Shown: positions 40,631-49,343, numbered from the stretch's first letter. The stretch is 64,000 bases of DNA from Candidatus Bathyarchaeota archaeon (GCA_004376295.1 SOJZ01000017.1:14863-78862); one strand, 5' to 3'. Notes: generated by a model from the letters alone, not told the origin. A program made the numbers and translations.

Positions 40631-41215
40631 CTATCTCATGATTTCTCCGTATTCTTCGTAAGGCATGATTGAGAGGTATTTCATTAGGCCCATGAATCCT
40701 TTGAGAATTACCTGTTCTTTGTGGAATTTTTCGTGTGCTTTCTTGCTTGTCCAGTAGGTCAGCATTACGTATTTGGTTGGTTTAACATCGATATCCTCGT
40801 ATGTGCCTTGAAGCCCGCTTCCACCATAGGAAATTGTTGAAACTCTAAGTATCTTTGAGCCGAGAAAACCTTTCATTCCAACAGTTGTACGACACAACTC
40901 CTTAGTTTTTTCTTCAAACTCCATTTCCAGACCAGGCTTCACTGAAAGGTAATTCAAAGCACAGATCATCGGCTTCGCTTCTTGTTCGTATTTATCAATT
41001 TCTTCTGTTGGAATCATAGAAGCTTTAATCCCTCTCTCGCCAAGGTACTCAACAGCCATTCTCGATCTTCTTCCACTGTCACAGTAGAAAAGAACATCCT
41101 TGCCTCTCAAAAAGTCAATGTAAAACTCTAGATCAAATAGAGGAATGTTTAAGGCTCCTTTCACATGACATTTATAGTATTCTTCCCTACTTCTCACGTC
41201 CACTATCAGATTCAA
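40631..41215 (-). CDS. Rhodanese domain fused to an ABM (antibiotic-biosynthesis-monooxygenase-like) domain
   Basis: VDVRSREEYYKCHVKGALNIP...YCDSGRRS (active-site Cys loop). The C-terminal ~95 aa has a ferredoxin-like ABM pattern. Confidence 0.65.
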   Translation of the reverse strand: MNLIVDVRSREEYYKCHVKGALNIPLFDLEFYIDFLRGKDVLFYCDSGRRSRMAVEYLGERGIKASMIPTEEIDKYEQEAKPMICALNYLSVKPGLEMEFEEKTKELCRTTVGMKGFLGSKILRVSTISYGGSGLQGTYEDIDVKPTKYVMLTYWTSKKAHEKFHKEQVILKGFMGLMKYLSIMPYEEYGEIMR

Positions 41216-41471
41216 TCAAATCACCTTTATACCATAATCAGTCAGTGATTTATTAAAAGTTGAGGGCCTTGCGAAAAAAAGTTCCGTTACATCTTCACAT
41301 GTAGTGCAACGACGACCATCAAAATTCTTGTTGTTTAACCATTCTCTAAACTCCATCAAATCCATGCCCTGCATGCATGCATTGTTGTCTAAGATCCAAT
41401 TTTTCGTGCATGAATTTTGGTGGAAAAGTTTTTCTTCAATTGAGCCAACAGATGATTGCAGAGGAGCTAAA

Positions 41472-42407
41472 ATGAGGGGAAAAGACAACGTTTACGATAT
41501 AGTAATTATTGGGTCTGGTCCTGCTGGCTTATCGGCAGGAATAAATGCGGCCAGATCGGGCTTAAGAACTCTGATTCTGGAGACTGAAGAATTTGCCGGA
41601 AAAGCCATGGGAACTTCCTTATACGAGAATTACCCCGGCTTCCCTGATGGAATAATAGCAGCAGAACTTGTAGAAAGAATGCAGAAACAAGCTTCAAAGT
41701 TTGATGCAGAAACAAGGTATCGTGAAGAAGTAGTCGATCTCGACTTGAAGCAAGACCTGAAAAAAGTCACCACAAGCAAAACTACGTACGAAACCCTTAC
41801 TTTGGTGATAGCAACTGGAACCCAGAGGAGAAAACTGAATGTTCCTGGAGAGACCAAGTTCATTGGAAGAGGCGTCAGCTATTGCAGAGTTTGCGATGGA
41901 CCTTTTTTCAAAGGATTGAAAGTTGCAGTTGTTGGATTTACCAAAGACGCAATAACAGACGCAATACTACTATCTGAAATAGCCAAAGAGGTATTTCTAA
42001 TCACCCAAGGTGAAAGAATCAACGTTCCAAAAAAATTGATGAAAAGACTCCTGCAGAAAACAAACGCGAAAATAGTTAGAGGAAGAGTAGTCACTATTTT
42101 GGGAGAGCACGTTGTGAAGACTATGGAAATCGAGCTTGAAAACAAGGAAGAACTGGTCGAGCGAATCAATGGCATTTTTGTATCTTTGGGTAAGGTACCA
42201 GCTACTGAAATCGTTGAAAAGGCTGGAGTAGTAGTAGATGAGAAAGGATGCGTAAAAGTGGATCGTTGGCAAAGAACTAACATCGAAGGTGTTTTTGCAG
42301 CTGGTGACTGTACATGTGGTGGAATGCAGGCTGTAACGGCGGTGGGAGAAGGAGCTATGGCATCCCTTAAAGCCTTGAGATATATCGAGCGAATGAAAAA
42401 AGAATGA
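41472..42407 (+). CDS. trxB: Thioredoxin-disulfide reductase
   Basis: YDIVIIGSGPAGLSAG, GVSYCRVCDG (CxxC redox centre) and FAAGDC. Start moved to the ATG at 41472. Confidence 0.85.
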   Translation: MRGKDNVYDIVIIGSGPAGLSAGINAARSGLRTLILETEEFAGKAMGTSLYENYPGFPDGIIAAELVERMQKQASKFDAETRYREEVVDLDLKQDLKKVTTSKTTYETLTLVIATGTQRRKLNVPGETKFIGRGVSYCRVCDGPFFKGLKVAVVGFTKDAITDAILLSEIAKEVFLITQGERINVPKKLMKRLLQKTNAKIVRGRVVTILGEHVVKTMEIELENKEELVERINGIFVSLGKVPATEIVEKAGVVVDEKGCVKVDRWQRTNIEGVFAAGDCTCGGMQAVTAVGEGAMASLKALRYIERMKKE

Positions 42408-42556
42408 TTCTTGCGCGCACAACTCCTAATATAAGGCTAACATGCATGCATTTGTTTTTTCCTTGATTATTTTTACTAACGATAATTCTGTCAGTGCGTC
42501 CCGTAAAGTAAATGCCACCGCACCCACATAGACACTTAGCGCCGCTAGTTGCTACC

Positions 42557-43528
42557 TTACAGGCGTATTTTTATCCACGCCGGATCATGATCGCTCCCAT
42601 CTCCAGTATGCCTTTTTCGACGGTCGATCCAAGCCTCCTTCTGTTTATTCGACAGTGCAGGGCTCAGCCAGATTTGGTCATATAACTCGTACTTTGCTGG
42701 GTAGCGGGGTTGCTTGTACCGGTGTGTCCATGCTGTGGATGGCGGTGGTGGTGTGTCAGGCTTTGAGGATCGGGTTTCCCTTGGGTTTGACAATGCATTG
42801 GTCAGTTGAAGTTCTGAATCTCCTACAAGAGGCTGAAGACAGGGTGAGTTTGGTGGATCATTCATGTCACCCAATATGACGAAGCGACTGTTAGGACGTG
42901 TTCGCGCTTTGGCGATTTCTGCAACCATCTCGGCTTGGTGAGTGCGACGCACATTGTTCGATTGCTCACCAGCGACCTGGTCTTCCCTGAAGTCCACGTA
43001 ATGGCTTTTGAGATGGTTGTTGAAGATTGTGAAGAGTTTTCTAGATCGAGAGGGGTTCAGGATCTCAACTTCAAGCAAGTCGCGACCAAAGACAGCGCGA
43101 GTCGGATCATCGGGATGCACTGCATGTTGCCACGAGCTAATTCCACCAATTGGGAGCTTGGAGAGGACGCCGACGTCTATGAGACGCGGGTCATTACCCT
43201 CGACCAGAACAACATATCGATACATCCAGTCTAGGTTTTCACGGTTAAACTGGTGCAAAGTATCAATGTCTTCAACCTCTTGGATTGCCAACACGTCAAC
43301 GTTTATTTCCTTGATACGCTTTGCGATCCAGTCTAGGTCTTTGGCCTCTTTGGCTTTCACAAGTCCGCCTCGATAAGTGCGTATTTTCCATGTGTCGCCA
43401 ACAGCGAATTCATACTTTAACTCGCCATCTAATGTGGTATCTAAACGGCGGATCGCGTCAATCTCGCCTTTAAAATTAAAGCGTGAAAAAAGATTGTTCA
43501 GGTTGAACGTTCCAACGGTCACATACAT
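42557..43528 (-). CDS. Endonuclease/exonuclease/phosphatase (EEP) family protein
   Basis: VGTFNLNNLF, LAIQEVE, GDMND and GSDHDPAWI motifs. Confidence 0.8.
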   Translation of the reverse strand: MYVTVGTFNLNNLFSRFNFKGEIDAIRRLDTTLDGELKYEFAVGDTWKIRTYRGGLVKAKEAKDLDWIAKRIKEINVDVLAIQEVEDIDTLHQFNRENLDWMYRYVVLVEGNDPRLIDVGVLSKLPIGGISSWQHAVHPDDPTRAVFGRDLLEVEILNPSRSRKLFTIFNNHLKSHYVDFREDQVAGEQSNNVRRTHQAEMVAEIAKARTRPNSRFVILGDMNDPPNSPCLQPLVGDSELQLTNALSNPRETRSSKPDTPPPPSTAWTHRYKQPRYPAKYELYDQIWLSPALSNKQKEAWIDRRKRHTGDGSDHDPAWIKIRL

Positions 43529-43783
43529 CGAGTCTTCCCTCTATTAACGCACATGCACAATTCACATGCTCTTATCTATGCTGTAAATAGCGACTCAAAC
43601 ATACTTAAAGCTTCGGAAACATCATTCTATTAGAATGGGCAAAGAAAGTGTATCATTTATAACGAGATTCCTCATATCTATGAATGCGCGCGAGGCCTCT
43701 TATGGAGCTTTTCTGTGCAAAACATGACGATGCAAACTTTTTATTCGACTTAGATGGGATACGCCCAAGCTGATTAAAATGAA

Positions 43784-44050
43784 TCAAAAAAAAGAACTCT
43801 GGGCGGGTGGGTTGGGGTGTATGTCGCCTGAGCGAAGCGAAGGCACGCGCTGTCTAGATGAAGGTCGCCGGTTCAAATCCGGCCCGACCCACCAACCGTG
43901 ACTATTGCTCTGTGCATATACGCTATCAATATGGTTGACAAGTCTTTTCAGATGGTTCTCGAATGTTTTGGAAAGGTTGAAACCTAGTTCCTTTGATTTC
44001 TCGACGAGTTCAGAGTCTCGATACAAGACAACGTTTCGTTTGTGAGCCAT
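43784..44050 (-). CDS. RHH (CcdA/VapB-like antitoxin-type) small protein whose reading frame continues through the antisense tRNA-Val fragment
   Basis: MAHKRNVVLYRDSELVEKSKELGFNLSKTFENHLKRLV fits the beta-strand/helix/helix antitoxin pattern. The C-terminal WWVGPDLNRRPS is the antisense translation of the T arm. Confidence 0.45.
   Translation of the reverse strand: MAHKRNVVLYRDSELVEKSKELGFNLSKTFENHLKRLVNHIDSVYAQSNSHGWWVGPDLNRRPSSRQRVPSLRSGDIHPNPPAQSSFF
43860..43894 (+). repeat. 35-nt copy of the 3' half of tRNA-Val (1 mismatch)
   Basis: GAAGGTCGCCGGTTCAAATCCGGCCCGACCCACCA versus 21865-21899 (G to A in the acceptor strand). The upstream sequence does not fold into D or anticodon arms. Confidence 0.7.
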
Positions 44051-44137
44051 TTTGCATTCGCAACCCATGGCATGCGAGGGGAAGGCAGGTCATCTGTTAT
44101 AAGTTTGATGCATGGGGCGGGCGTGCATATGAAGAAG

Positions 44138-45247
44138 TTATTCTAAACTCTTCTCCGCTTGTTTGAGCATACTAATTACGGGGAGATGATACGGGCATTT
44201 TTCCTCGCACTTGCCACATTCTGTACAACTGTTTACTCTTGTGCGTAGTTTTGGATATTGTTCTCTAGTCCATTTCTTTATGTTGTAGAAGCTGTAGTAG
44301 ATATCCCACCTTAGGATCTTCGGTATTTCGACGCCGTCAGGACATGGCATGCACAGTCCACATTCTCGGCAGAATGGTTCTGGTGGTAGTTTTCCGAATT
44401 TGTAGACTGTCTTCTCTTTAGTGGTAAGGCTACTGAAATCTTCTGCGACCTTAATGATATAGTCTACTTCTTCTGTAGAACGCAGTCCAGGTATGACGGT
44501 GTCTATGTCATGCGCTAGTACGAACCGCAGAGAATGCTCTGCTCTTTCAATTCCATCTTTTCCAAAATGAGCAACGAACTCTGATGGATCAGGCCAATCC
44601 AGCTCAGGCTTGCCCAGAAATCGGGCACCCCACTGAGGATACTGTAACGGGGCTCCACATCCTCCCATTGCTTTCATGATAATAACGCCTATATCTAATT
44701 CTTTAGCTAGAGGAATTAGATCCTCGGTAGCTTTTCTATCAAGGACATTCAACGGTACTAGAACAGTGTCAAATTTTCCAGTTTTGATGGCCTTTGCTAG
44801 AACATGGGGATTGTGACCACTGAGTCCTATGTAATCAATTTTCCCCTGAGTCTTGGCTTCCTCAAGGGCATTTAAAGCCCCTTCAGAACTGATTGCTTTC
44901 TTAAGTACTTCTTCGCTATCGATGCCGTGGAGTTGAACAATGTCTATTCGATCGGTTTGCAGGTTCTTAAGGCTCTGCTTGAGACCCGCTCGGGCAGCAT
45001 CCTCTTTAGTTCTCTGGTGAGTTTTGGTCGCTATGATTACTTGATCCCTCACATCTTTCAATGCTACTCCTATCTTCTCTTCACTATCTCCGTAGGCTCT
45101 TGCTGTATCAAAATAATTGATGCCTCTCTTGTAGGCGTATCTTATGACCTTCTCTGCCTCATTCCTTGAGAGCGCTATTATGGGTATGCCTCCGAAACCC
45201 GCAACTGAAACCTGTAGACCTGTTCTTCCGAGTCTTCTTTTCTTCAT
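44138..45247 (-). CDS. Aldo/keto reductase with a C-terminal 4Fe-4S ferredoxin-like domain
   Basis: RRLGRTGLQVS, GINYFDTARAYG and LHGID. C-terminal CRECGLCMPCP and CTECGKCEEKCP. Start moved to the ATG at 45247. Confidence 0.85.
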   Translation of the reverse strand: MKKRRLGRTGLQVSVAGFGGIPIIALSRNEAEKVIRYAYKRGINYFDTARAYGDSEEKIGVALKDVRDQVIIATKTHQRTKEDAARAGLKQSLKNLQTDRIDIVQLHGIDSEEVLKKAISSEGALNALEEAKTQGKIDYIGLSGHNPHVLAKAIKTGKFDTVLVPLNVLDRKATEDLIPLAKELDIGVIIMKAMGGCGAPLQYPQWGARFLGKPELDWPDPSEFVAHFGKDGIERAEHSLRFVLAHDIDTVIPGLRSTEEVDYIIKVAEDFSSLTTKEKTVYKFGKLPPEPFCRECGLCMPCPDGVEIPKILRWDIYYSFYNIKKWTREQYPKLRTRVNSCTECGKCEEKCPYHLPVISMLKQAEKSLE

Positions 45248-45340
45248 GTTTATCAGATGCCTTTGCAGAAAATGATGCAAGGATTGTATAAAAGTTGTCT
45301 AATGAAGCATACGTATATATCTGTATGATCGTTGGCGAGC

Positions 45341-45440
45341 GCTTCACGCTCAAGTCAACCTCTTTTCAACCTCTTAGTTCTCTTCAGCCTCTCTGTTAGA
45401 AGATTCACTTCTCAACACTACTAGTTTTTATGTTGTTTAT
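45341..45440 (+). repeat. R-element copy 2
   Basis: AGTCAACCTCT-N17-TCTTCAGCCTCTC, plus CTTCTCAACACTACTAG colinear with copy 1. Lies about 95 nt upstream of the AKR start on the minus strand. Confidence 0.7.
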
Positions 45441-45442
45441 GT

Positions 45443-46102
45443 TTATGCATGCAACGCGAGCTTTCCTGATAGATCAGATAATTCAACAACTGAATTTATT
45501 ATGTTCTTAACCCTTAGCTTTTCTAGGTCTTCTCTTCTTAAGGCCCCAGTTAGGACAGCAAAGTATTCGACTTTCGCATCTCTTGCACACTCGTAATCAG
45601 ATATCGCATCTCCTACGTAGACCGTCTCTTCTGGTTCCACGTCAAGTTGATCAATCACAAAAAGTAGCGGCTCAGGATCTGGTTTATGTTTCCTAGTCGT
45701 CTCAAAGGAAACCATAGCTTCAAACCAGTCTATATTGAATCCCGCTTCACTCAAGTGTTTCTTAATGAAAAATAATATCTTCCCTGAGAGGACTCCAACT
45801 CTGAACCCAGACTCTCTAATCGCCCTCACTGCATCTACAGCCCCTTCTACCGCAGGAATAGCCAGATTTTCATCCATGAACAAACTTCTGTACTCTTTCA
45901 TGTAGAGTTCGCCATTAGACTTCGGCCATAAAATTTTTGTGATTTCGGACAATGGTCTACCCATTAAGCCAAGAACTTCATGTGGCGATGGAATTCGCAG
46001 TCCTAGTTTTTCCGCTGTTTTCTGATAGGCTTCCACAATTATCTTGTTGCTATCTATCAAGACTCCGTCAACATCGAAAACTATCGCCTTAATCATAGCC
46101 AT
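45443..46102 (-). CDS. HAD-superfamily phosphatase (PGP/beta-PGM-like)
   Basis: AIVFDVDGVLIDS (DxDx motif I), a later S/T motif, and VYVGDAISD (motif IV). Start moved to the ATG at 46102. Confidence 0.82.
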   Translation of the reverse strand: MAMIKAIVFDVDGVLIDSNKIIVEAYQKTAEKLGLRIPSPHEVLGLMGRPLSEITKILWPKSNGELYMKEYRSLFMDENLAIPAVEGAVDAVRAIRESGFRVGVLSGKILFFIKKHLSEAGFNIDWFEAMVSFETTRKHKPDPEPLLFVIDQLDVEPEETVYVGDAISDYECARDAKVEYFAVLTGALRREDLEKLRVKNIINSVVELSDLSGKLALHA

Positions 46103-46154
46103 CCTTTCTATACCTTTATAGCATGCGAGCATTTCAGAGGTTTCCAAATTTATA

Positions 46155-46222
46155 AATTTCTAACAGAGAGAAAAAATAGAATTTCTAAAAATAGATTAGC
46201 TTAGAAATTATAAATTAGAAAA
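46155..46222 (+). repeat. TTTCTAA/TTAGAAA hairpin element, copy B
   Basis: AAATTTCTAACAGAGAGAAAAAATAGAATTTCTAAAAATAGATTAGCTTAGAAATTATAAATTAGAAAA. Perfect 9-bp inverted repeat. Confidence 0.7.
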
Positions 46223-46335
46223 TCAAGATTTTCTTTCGATTTTTTCTTATTTATCTCTACAATATTGATATAAGAGATTCTCAAAGACAAAATCTTTCAG
46301 AGAAAGATCAGAACTAGAAACCAAGAATATTTTTA

Positions 46336-46424
46336 TTATAGTTTTTCTACTATAATATTATAGTAAATAATATATAATGTTATAGTTAGAACACTATATA
46401 ACACTATATGAGTGGGACTATATG
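46336..46424 (+). promoter_or_regulatory. Array of TTATAGT/ACTATA(A/T) half-sites immediately upstream of the wHTH gene (putative operator)
   Basis: TTATAGT at 46336, 46358 and 46380 (22-nt period). Two palindromes with 6-nt spacers: TTATAGT-N6-ACTATAA at 46336-46355 and TTATAGT-N6-ACTATAT at 46380-46399. Further ACTATAT at 46403 and 46417, the last abutting the ATG. Confidence 0.5.
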
Positions 46425-47486
46425 GACACTACAACCTTCCGAATCTTAGATACGATATCTGCAGGATTAGGTAAATCTTTTTCAATTAACCAATTAACTG
46501 CAAAGATCAAGGAGAGACATGGCACTGCTCATTATGCAAATATTTACAAAAAGTTACACGATCTAGAAAGACAACAAATCTTAGACTTAAACAAGATAGG
46601 AAAGTCCTCTATTGTTAGATTGAACTTCCAGAACTATCTATTGATCGATTTACTAACGGAAATGGAGATAAAAAAGAAATTAAAATTTCTACAAGAAAAA
46701 ACTGATCTTCAGATGCTTCTTCAAGAAATGTATAGATATCTGAGCAAAATGTATTGCATAAAATCAATCTGCTCCGTGAATCCAGAGAAGAATATAAAGC
46801 TCAATAGATTAGAGTTGCTGTTTCTTCTGAAAACCTCTAAGAAAGAGTCACTCACTCAAGATGAGATAACCAAAATTCTCATTGGACTGCAAAAACTGCA
46901 AAATAAACACAATCTGAGAATCGATTGTCTTCTACTTGAAGAGTATGAGTTCTCATATCTCCTAGAATCAGATGAAATAAACCCCCTCAAAGAAATTCTG
47001 TCTGATAAAACTGCTTTCTTCTGTCCCCAAGCATTCTGGGATGAGATCCGAGAAATTATGGACAAAGGAATCGAAATCAGAACTAAGGAAAGGGAAACGA
47101 AACCTGCAGAGATTACTGAAGTGGATCTAATCTATAATCTTGCAAGGTTTGGGTATAAGGAATTTGGCTCAAGAATAAGACGAGGACAAGAATTCTGTAT
47201 TGAGTACATAGTCACAGCACTGTTGATGCAAAATGATGCAAGGCGTATCGAAGCTATACCGATAATTCTCGCAAAACATAATGCCCACAGTAGCCTATTG
47301 CTATTTCTAGCTCAAAAATATAGGCTGTCGGGAAGATTGCTGGGCCTGTTGAAAATCCTAGAAGAAACAAAGCCAATGAAAGAGATCAAGAAGACGATAA
47401 AACTTCTTGAAGCCTTGAATGTAGAGGAGATAAAGGCAGACGAAGAGAACATTCTACAAAAGATGAGGCTATACAATGCCGCTTGA
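46422..47486 (+). CDS. wHTH protein, putative AbiEi-like antitoxin/regulator
   Basis: N-terminal winged-helix pattern (FRILDTISAGLGKSFSINQLTAKI...KKLHDLERQQIL). 11-nt overlap with the downstream nucleotidyltransferase gene. The C-terminal two thirds are unassigned. Confidence 0.5.
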   Translation: MDTTTFRILDTISAGLGKSFSINQLTAKIKERHGTAHYANIYKKLHDLERQQILDLNKIGKSSIVRLNFQNYLLIDLLTEMEIKKKLKFLQEKTDLQMLLQEMYRYLSKMYCIKSICSVNPEKNIKLNRLELLFLLKTSKKESLTQDEITKILIGLQKLQNKHNLRIDCLLLEEYEFSYLLESDEINPLKEILSDKTAFFCPQAFWDEIREIMDKGIEIRTKERETKPAEITEVDLIYNLARFGYKEFGSRIRRGQEFCIEYIVTALLMQNDARRIEAIPIILAKHNAHSSLLLFLAQKYRLSGRLLGLLKILEETKPMKEIKKTIKLLEALNVEEIKADEENILQKMRLYNAA

Positions 47487-47982
47487 CAAAAGTCGTTTGC
47501 TTGATTTCCTAGCGGTTTTGGATGTTGAACTCAATAGGAAAATCACAGTCGTCGCAGTTGGCGGCACAGCAATGACGCTTCTCGATCTGAAACCCTCAAC
47601 AATTGACATTGACTTCACTGTGCTAAACGCGGATTATGATGATTTCAATAAGGCCTTGGCAAATCTTTCGCATGGTTTCAAAGTGGACATATATATAGAT
47701 GGAATGATCTTCAGTCAAGCTCTTCCTGACGACTACCTGGAGAAGAGCGCCCCAATAACTAGCTTCCAGCACATAAACTTGAAAGCTCTTCATCCAGTTG
47801 ACATAGTAGTAACAAAAATTGGAAGACTAGACCAAAGAGACATTCAAGATATCGAAGCTTGTGTTAAGAAATCTAAGCTCTCAAAGACCCAAGTTGAGGA
47901 AAGAGCGAATCAGGTTCAATATGTGGGTCGAGAAGAGAACTACAAATACAATCTGCAATACGTTTTGAAGGAAATGTTCTGA
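47476..47982 (+). CDS. Minimal nucleotidyltransferase-fold protein (AbiEii/MNT/DUF6036-like putative toxin)
   Basis: VVAVGGTAMTLLDLKPSTIDIDF matches the GG.A...R.T.D.D pol-beta NTase signature. 168 aa. Confidence 0.62.
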   Translation: MPLDKSRLLDFLAVLDVELNRKITVVAVGGTAMTLLDLKPSTIDIDFTVLNADYDDFNKALANLSHGFKVDIYIDGMIFSQALPDDYLEKSAPITSFQHINLKALHPVDIVVTKIGRLDQRDIQDIEACVKKSKLSKTQVEERANQVQYVGREENYKYNLQYVLKEMF

Positions 47983-48030
47983 GTATTCGATATTCTAGTT
48001 TCACCAGAAATTGTTACAATCGAAAGTTTG

Positions 48031-48112
48031 TTTTCTAAGTTTCTACTTCATAATCAAGTTAAGATTTTATAAATTTCTAGTTTTTCATCTAGTTTAGAAA
48101 TTAGAAACTTAG
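48031..48112 (+). repeat. TTTCTAA/TTAGAAA hairpin element, copy D (more diverged)
   Basis: TTTTCTAAGTTTCTAC ... TATAAATTTCTAGTTTTTCATCTAGTTTAGAAATTAGAAAC. 7-bp inverted repeat ATTTCTA/TAGAAAT. Confidence 0.55.
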
Positions 48113-48170
48113 GAAGTCCAGTTGCACAAGGTTGAAAAGTTGCAACTCCAAGATACTACGAGACACAGAA

Positions 48171-48812
48171 ATGTCCAGAAGAGACGATTGGACGAAGGAA
48201 GAGCTTGAAAAAGAATACGTAGGCAAGATGACAGCAGTCACTATCCCAGTCAACATACACATAGAAGGTAAACAACGAATCCTAGACCTCTCTGAAATGA
48301 AGAAAATTATCACGGAAGCGATAACAATTTCCTTAGGAGAATGTGGCTGCAGAAAACAGTTGAAACGATGTGATGCCCCTCTCGACGTCTGCATAGGCTT
48401 AGACAAAAGAGCAGAGGACATGATTAAGAAGGGATTAGCAAGAAGAGCGAATCTGAAACAGGCGCTTGAAGCATTAGAACGCTCCCATGCAGCAGGACTC
48501 GTCCACATCACTTACACTTTCAAAGAAGATGAAAAACCCGTATGGGTTTGCAGCTGTTGCTCATGCTGCTGTCACTCCATGAGTGGACTCGTGAGATTTG
48601 GCATACCCAACGCAGTTGTGACATCCAATCATATTGCAGTAAACAACCCTGAAACATGCATAAACTGTGGCACATGCGTCGAGAGATGTCAGTTCAGGGC
48701 TCGCTATCTGAAAGACGGTAAGTTAGTACACAATGAAGCCAGATGCTTCGGATGTGGCCTCTGCGTAAGCACTTGCCCAACTGAATCCATTTCTCTTGCG
48801 AAGCGAAACTAA
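48171..48812 (+). CDS. 4Fe-4S dicluster domain protein
   Basis: CINCGTCVERCQF and CFGCGLCVSTCP ferredoxin motifs. N-terminal Cys-rich region (ECGCRKQLKRC, CSCCSCCCH). Confidence 0.7.
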   Translation: MSRRDDWTKEELEKEYVGKMTAVTIPVNIHIEGKQRILDLSEMKKIITEAITISLGECGCRKQLKRCDAPLDVCIGLDKRAEDMIKKGLARRANLKQALEALERSHAAGLVHITYTFKEDEKPVWVCSCCSCCCHSMSGLVRFGIPNAVVTSNHIAVNNPETCINCGTCVERCQFRARYLKDGKLVHNEARCFGCGLCVSTCPTESISLAKRN

Positions 48813-48928
48813 AATCCCAGAACATACATACATGCAATTACAATTCAATTAGTGTCTTTGAGAGCTGGGCAATATTTGATATCACGAAATCCGAGGCTTC
48901 TTGTAGTTGGCATGCATGCATGCGTTAA

Positions 48929-48983
48929 TTTTGGAGGATTTCATGTTCTGATAATGGAGTGATTTCTTGCTGAACCTCCAAAA
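48929..48983 (+). repeat. TTGGAGG/CCTCCAA hairpin element, copy 1
   Basis: TTTTGGAGG (48929-48937) and CCTCCAAAA (48975-48983) form a 9-bp inverted repeat. Flanked on both sides by GCATGCATGC tracts. Confidence 0.55.
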
Positions 48984-49091
48984 ATGTAAATGCTGAAACG
49001 AAGCAACAATTTTCTGGCATGCATGCAAAATGTTGTTTTTAGAACCTTAATCCAGTGAGTTTTTCTAAGAGGGTTTGCGCGCGCGCATTAT

Positions 49092-49343
49092 TTGGCACCA
49101 AAATCAAGAAAAAGCAGAAGGCCCACGCGGCATGACCCCTTGACTGAGAAAGCCAAAAACAAATACGAGTTACTTCACGAAATCCAAGAAGTGACAAGCG
49201 AAAGAATTGAAGCAATCAGAAATATTACGAAAAACACAGACTCCGGTCAAACAGAGAACTGGCAGTCCTTTAGGCGCTCGCAACTCCCTCTTCATAGACA
49301 TGGAGAAGCACCAGAGATGGCGCTAAGACCATATGTTGCCTGA
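49092..49343 (+). CDS. Hypothetical small basic protein (83 aa)
   Basis: Track ORF only, with a TTG start. Same strand as the MazG-like gene and 35 nt upstream of it. No motif recognised. Confidence 0.3.
   Translation: MAPKSRKSRRPTRHDPLTEKAKNKYELLHEIQEVTSERIEAIRNITKNTDSGQTENWQSFRRSQLPLHRHGEAPEMALRPYVA

Noticed and set aside
41216-41488. 90-aa minus-strand ORF between the rhodanese gene and trxB.
   Set aside because: Its 5' half overlaps the trxB promoter and start region, and it contains a GCATGCATGC tract. Only the last ~50 codons (MDLMEFREWLNNKNFDGRRCTTCEDV...) could be a real small gene coupled to the rhodanese start. That is too uncertain to list.
43809-43897. Possible complete tRNA. 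GGGTTGG at 43809 can pair with the CCGACCC acceptor strand preceding ACCA.
   Set aside because: The 47 nt between the putative acceptor 5' strand and the variable loop cannot be folded into D and anticodon arms. The candidate anticodon stem ACGCG/GATGA does not pair. Only the last 35 nt match tRNA-Val, so I treat it as a 3' fragment.
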